39,257 nt of DNA from Chiloscyllium plagiosum (Eukaryota), in contig NC_057718.1 in NCBI RefSeq assembly GCF_004010195.1, positions 88,268,876 to 88,308,132 of the forward strand, read 5' to 3'. A program made the translations under genes and the position numbers. The notes under the pieces are model-generated. The model was not told where the DNA came from and made no database searches. It worked only from the letters and a program-made list of their open reading frames with translations. Below, in pieces: positions 34,141-39,257 of the stretch (positions within the stretch are counted from its first letter, which is position 1; every line of letters starts with the position of its first letter).

Positions 34141-36627
34141 GACAAAGCAGGTGGCTAGAAGAACACAGCAAGCCAGGCAGCATCAGGAGGTGGAAAAATT
34201 GACGTTTTGGGTATAACCATTCCTCCTTCAGGACTGGGGGTGCGTGTAAGGAGAGCTGCAGATAAAGGGGGTGGCAGGGGCTGGATGGTGAAGTGGGGAT
34301 AAGTAAAGAAAGGCACAGGGTACGACCTGATTGGTCAATGGGAGGAAAAAATCTGGTAGGTGGCTGGGAGGAGTATAAGGGAGGGGGAGGAGCTGGAGAT
34401 GGGGTTGGGGAAGGGAGATTATTTGAAATTGGAGAACTCAAAGTTGAGTCCTCCAGGCTGTAGGCTGCCCAGGTGCAAGATGAAGTGTTGTTCCTCCAAT
34501 ATGCAGTTTGGTTCGTTGTGGCAATGGAGGAGGCCAGGATGGTCATGCCAGAAAGGGAATGGGAAGGGGAATTAAAATGGGTGGTGACTGGGTGTCTGGT
34601 TGTCCCCTGCAGGCCTGGCTGAGATGCTCAGCAAACTGCTCCCTAAGTTTGTCTCCCCAATGTAGAGAAGACCACATCGGGAGCACCTGAGAGAAGAGAG
34701 GCAGATGAGCCTCTGTCTCACCTGGGAGGACTGTTTGGGGCCCTGCATGGAGGTAAAGGGGGTGGTGTGCTGGCAGGTTTTTCATCTTTTCCAGTTGCAG
34801 GGGAAAGGTATCTGAGAGTTCGGGGGGGTTTGGTGGGGAGAGTGGCGCAACCAAGGACTGGCAAAGATAACGGTCCCTGCGGAAGATGTCTTTGGTTTTG
34901 GAGTCTAGTTGGAGTTTGCCAAAGTGTTTAAGGATCATACGTTGGATGTGGAGACTGGTGGGGTGTTAGGTGAGGACAAGGGGGACTGTCCCTTTTATAT
35001 TTGAAGGAGGGGAGCGTTTAGAGCAATGGAACGGGGATGGGGGTGGTGCAGTGGTGGGCTGTCTGGATGACTGGGGGAGTTGTAAAGCGCAATATTTGAA
35101 ATAGGTGAGCATCTGGGATGCTTGGGAGTGGAATGCCTCCTTTTCTGAGCAGATGTGGCGGAGGCAAAAGGAATTGGGAGAACGACATGGAGTTCTTGCA
35201 GGATACTGGGTGGAAGGTGGTATAATCCAGGTAGTTGAGAGTCTGTGGGTTTATAGTAAACGTGCGCCTGGAGACTGTCGCTGGAGATGCAAATGGAGGG
35301 GTCAAGAATGGGGAGGGAGGTGTCCAAGATTGACCAAATGAATTTGAGGGCAGGGTGGAAGTTGTGCACAAAGTCAATGAACTGCTCCAATTCAGCCTGA
35401 GTGGAGGGTGCTGCACTGATGCGGAAGAGTTGTGGCACAGTGCTGACACAGATACTGACATAGTTGACAAAGAGGCAGGCGTAGCTGGGCCCATCTGAGA
35501 GCCTATGGCCACCCCAAGGATTTGGAGGAAATGGGAGGAGTTAAAGGTTATTTTGGGGTTGAGGACCAGTTCAGCATGGCAGAGGAAGTATTGACAGAGG
35601 GAGACTGGATACTTCTGTTGGAGAGGAAGGAGCTGAAGGCCTGGAGGCCACCCTTAAATGGACGTGTTTATGGACTGCACATCCATAGTGAAGATAAAGC
35701 GCTGGGGAACTCTGCATCCAATGCATCGTCCATAAACACTTGCTCCCACTCGAAACAGACCCCACCTCTCTTTGCCTTCCCAAAGACTGTTCTCTTCACC
35801 AGTCTGAGGTTTGTGCCACTCTCCCCACCCACCCCCTGAACCCCCAGGTACCTTCCCCTGCAACTGGAAGAGATGCAAAACCTGCCAGCATCCCCCGTCC
35901 CTGTCCCCGCCCCACCGACCTCCATCCAGGGCCCCAAACAGTCCTTCCAAGTGAGACAGATGTTCACCTGCCTCTCTTCCAACCTAGTTTACCGTATCAG
36001 GTACACTCGATGTGATCTTCTCAACATCAGGGAGACAAAGCTTAAACTTGGGGAACAGTTTGCCAAGCGTCTCAGCTGGGCCTATCGGTACCCCCAGTAC
36101 CACCCACTTTAATTCCCCTTCCCACTCCCTTTCCGACATGACAATCCTTGGCCTCCTCTGTTGCCAATGTGTTGGAAGAACAACACCTCATCTTGCGCCT
36201 GGGCAGCCTGGAGAACTCAATATTGAGTTCTCCAATTTCAAATAACTTCCCTTCCCTTTCCCCTCTCCAGCTCCTCCCTCTCCATTCCACTCCTCCCAGC
36301 CACCCAGATTCCTTCCTCCCATTGACCAACCAGATCATACCCTCTATCTCCACCTATCCGCACTTCACCACCTTGCCCCCACCACCTCCTTTATCTTCAG
36401 CTCCCCTTAGACCCATCCCAAGTCCTGAAGAAGGGATACACCCCGAAACATTGACTTCTTCACCTCCTGATGCTGTCTGGCTTGGTCAACGTTTCTGGTG
36501 TAACCCTGCTTACGGGACTTGAGGTGGGTCTAAGGGGAGCTGCAGATAAAGGGGGTGGCTTGCTGTGTTTTCAGCATCTTTGTTGTCTACCTTGGATTCC
36601 AGCATCTGCAGTTTTTTTGTCTCTAAC
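34141..36627. mobile_element. 2.5-kb Penelope-like element (family D) with RT and GIY-YIG remnants, inverted arms and 13-bp TSD
   Basis: Minus arm 34141 to about 35710: FTMDVQSINTSI, VAIGSQMGP, FVHNFHPALKF, VYYKPTDS, YLDYT.FHP. Plus arm about 35711-36480: FTCLSSNLVYRIRYTRC..NIRET, HFNSPSHS, EEQHLILRLG. TSD caaggtcaggcta at 34128-34140 and 36628-36640. Confidence 0.9.
36425..36452 (+). ncRNA. Minimal hammerhead ribozyme motif (PLE family D)
   Basis: aagtc-CTGAAGA-A-GGG atacac CCC-GAAAC-ATT-gactt: perfect 5-bp stem I. Stem III has GTT>ATT, consistent with CpG decay. Confidence 0.62.
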
Positions 36628-37264
36628 CAAGGTCAGGCTAACAAGCCCATAATTTCCTGTCTTCTGTCTCCCCTACCTTAAACAGTTGTTACATTAGCCA
36701 TTTTCCCAGTCCGCTGGGCCCCTCCCTGGTTCCAGTGATTCCTGAAAGATCACCACCAATGCCATCACAATCTCCTCAGCTATCACCTTCAAAAGAATGT
36801 TGGTGAATTTTGTAAGTTTTTTTCATGCTTTGGGAGATCACCTGAACACTTCTGCTGGGCTGCCAATACAACTGCATGGCAAAATGTATTGGAATTACCA
36901 TTTCAATATTGGGAAAATCTTTGCTTGATGGTACATGAAAGAGTATTGGGATAGTCACTGTTCGAATTAGAGTGCGTTGTTGTGGGAATAGTAGCTTGAT
37001 AGCCAAATGTCCTTTCTGCCTGCTAAAAGCTTGTGATTCTGATAAGGAAGAATGATGAGCTTGACATGCATGTTAATGTGGAAAATTGGAAGAATCAGAT
37101 TAAACCTTTACCCTTTATTTATGATGTACATGTATTTGCCTTTCCAAATACATGTACATCATGTCCCTCAGTGTTTAACCTTTACCCTTTATTCTGCAGC
37201 ATTAACTGCAACATTATTGAATGCAGTGTGTACAATTACATTCTACCACTCATCATAGTTATTT

Positions 37265-39257
37265 AGAGTCATAGAGATGTACAGCATGGAAACAGACCCT
37301 TCGGTCCAACCCGTCCATGCCGACCAGATATCCCAACCCAATCTATTCCCACCTGATAGCACCTGGCCCATATCCCTCCAAACCCTTCCTATTCATATAC
37401 CCATCCAAATGCCTCTTAAATGTTGCAATTGTACCAGCCTCCTCTGGCAGTTCATTCCATACACGTACCACCCTCTGCATGAAAATGTTGCCCCTTAGGT
37501 CTCTTTTATATCTTTCCCCCTCACCCTAAACCTATGCTCTCCAGTTCCGACTCCCCGACCCCAGGGAAAAGACTTTATCTATTTATCCTATCCATGCCCC
37601 TCATAATTTTGTAAACCTCTATAAGGTCACCCCTCAGCCTCCGATGCTCCAGGGAAAACAGGCCAGGCCTGTTCAGCCTCTCCCTGTAGCTCAGATCCTC
37701 CAACCCTGGCAACATCCTTGTAAATCTTTTCTGAACCCTTTCAAGTTTCACAACATCTCTCCGATAGGAAGGAGACCAGAATTGCACACAATATTCCAAC
37801 AGTGGCGTAACTAATGTCCTGTACAGCCGCAACATGACCTCCCAACTCCTGTACTCAATACTCTGACCAATAAAGGAAAGTATACCAAAGCCGCCTTCAC
37901 TATCCTATCTACCTGCGACTCCACTTTCAAGGAGCTATGAACCTGTACTCCAAGGTCTGTTTGTTCAGCAACACTCCCTCTGACCTTACCATTAAGTGTA
38001 TAAGTCCTGCTAAGATTTGCTTTCCCAAAATGCAGCACCTCGCATTTATCTGAATTAAACTCCATCTGCTACTTCTCAGCCCATCTGGTCCAGATCCTGT
38101 TGTAATCTGAGGTAACCCTTTTTGCTGTCCACTACACCTCCAATTTTGGTGTAATCTGCAAACTTACTAGCGGCACCTCTTATGCGCACATCAAAATCAT
38201 TTATATAAAAGACAAAAAGTAGAGGGCCCTGTACTGATCCTTGTGGCACTCCACTGGTCACAAGCCTCTAGTCTGAAAAACAACCCTCCACCACTACCCT
38301 CTGTCTTCTACCTTTTGAGCCAGTACTGTATCCAAATAACCTTGCAAATCAGTCTCCCATGGGGAACCTTGTCAAATGCCTTACTGAAGTCCATATAGCT
38401 GTGCCCTCACCAATCATCTTTATTACTTCAAGAAACCCAATCAAGTTTGTGAGACATGATTTCCCATGCACAAAGCCATGTTGACTATCCCAAATCAGTC
38501 TTTGCCATTCCAAATACATGTACATCATGTCCCTCAGTATTCCCTCCAACAAGTTGACCACCACTGACATCAGGCTCACCGGTCTATAGTTCCCTGGCTT
38601 GTCTTTACCGCCCTTCTTAAACAGTGGCACCAAGTTTGCCAACCTCCAGTCTTCCGGCACCTCACCTGTGACTATCGATGATACAAATATCTCATCAAGA
38701 AGCCCAGCAATCACTTCTCTAGCTTCCCACAGAGTTCTCGGGTACACCTGATCAGGTCCTGGGGAATTATTCACCTTTAACCATTTAGTATCGCCCCCAT
38801 TTTCTGTGGCTCCACACAAAGGGCGCTTTGCTGATCTTTGAGGGGTAATCTGGACATTTTGCAAGATGTCACCATCTATTTCCCTACAGTCTATATCTTC
38901 CATATCCTTTTTAACAGTGAATACTGGTGTAAAATATTCATTTAGTATCGCCCCCATTTTCTGTGGCTCCACACAAAGGGCGCTTTGCTGATCTTTGAGG
39001 GGCCCTATTCTCTCCCTAGTTACCCTTTTGTCCTTAATATATTTGTAAAAACCCTGTGGATTCTCCTTAATTCTATTTGCCAAAGCGATCTCACGTCCCC
39101 GTTTTGCCCTCCTGATTTCCCTCTTAAGTATACTCCTACTTTCTTTATACTCTTCTAAGGATTACCTTGGTCTATCCTGTCTATACCTGACATATGCTTC
39201 CTTGTTTTTCTTAACCAAACCCTCAATTTCTTTAGTCATCCAGCATTCCCTATACCT
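37265..39257 (-). mobile_element. CR1 LINE ORF2 and 3' UTR (young family), running off the window end
   Basis: NYRPVSLMSVV, TSGVPQGSV.GPLLF..YIND, KFADYTK, LEYCVQFWSP; intact 3' UTR and tail ..ctctatgactct. Confidence 0.93.
38782..39002. repeat. Exact 64-bp non-tandem direct repeat inside CR1 (38782-38845 equals 38939-39002)
   Basis: catttagtatcgcccccattttctgtggctccacacaaagggcgctttgctgatctttgagggg occurs twice, offset by 157 bp. Confidence 0.92.

Larger units (their letters stand above)
33340..36795 (-). mobile_element. Older CR1 RT fragment split by a PLE (CR1 parts 33340-34140 and 36628-36795)
   Basis: Minus strand reads VIAEEIV.ALVVIFQESL...TGNY..VSLTL across the insertion, then ESIIKD..AEYL...SCLTNLLEFFETVTSKLDKG. 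Confidence 0.8.

Overview
Vertebrate nuclear DNA, most likely from a shark (inferred from HE1/V-SINE, Deu-domain SINE and CR1/HER1-type LINE content). The window lies inside one gene. Four + strand coding exons (15718-15857, 16645-16686, 18450-18550, 30086-30263; all AG/GT bounded and phase-compatible) encode part of the C-terminal half of the formyltetrahydrofolate synthetase domain of MTHFD1L. The rest is repeat-rich intron: five copies of one relatively young CR1 family (two apparently full length, with zinc-finger/coiled-coil plus SGNH-esterase ORF1 and APE-RT ORF2, all disrupted), older CR1 and L2 fragments, five HE1 SINEs, six Deu-domain SINE remnants and about ten Penelope-like element (PLE) remnants. 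The most notable signals are: (1) four PLE terminal-repeat families, each with a minimal hammerhead ribozyme that has the same core plus an extra A and covarying stems; (2) repeated head-to-head fold-back PLE insertions, some with 13-15 bp target-site duplications; (3) a Deu-SINE whose 3' tail appears to supply the polypyrimidine tract of an MTHFD1L exon; (4) a micro-inversion of a CR1 3' stem-loop and a 64-bp templated insertion. All repeat family names come from recognising motifs by eye, not from a database search, and boundaries of old repeats are approximate.
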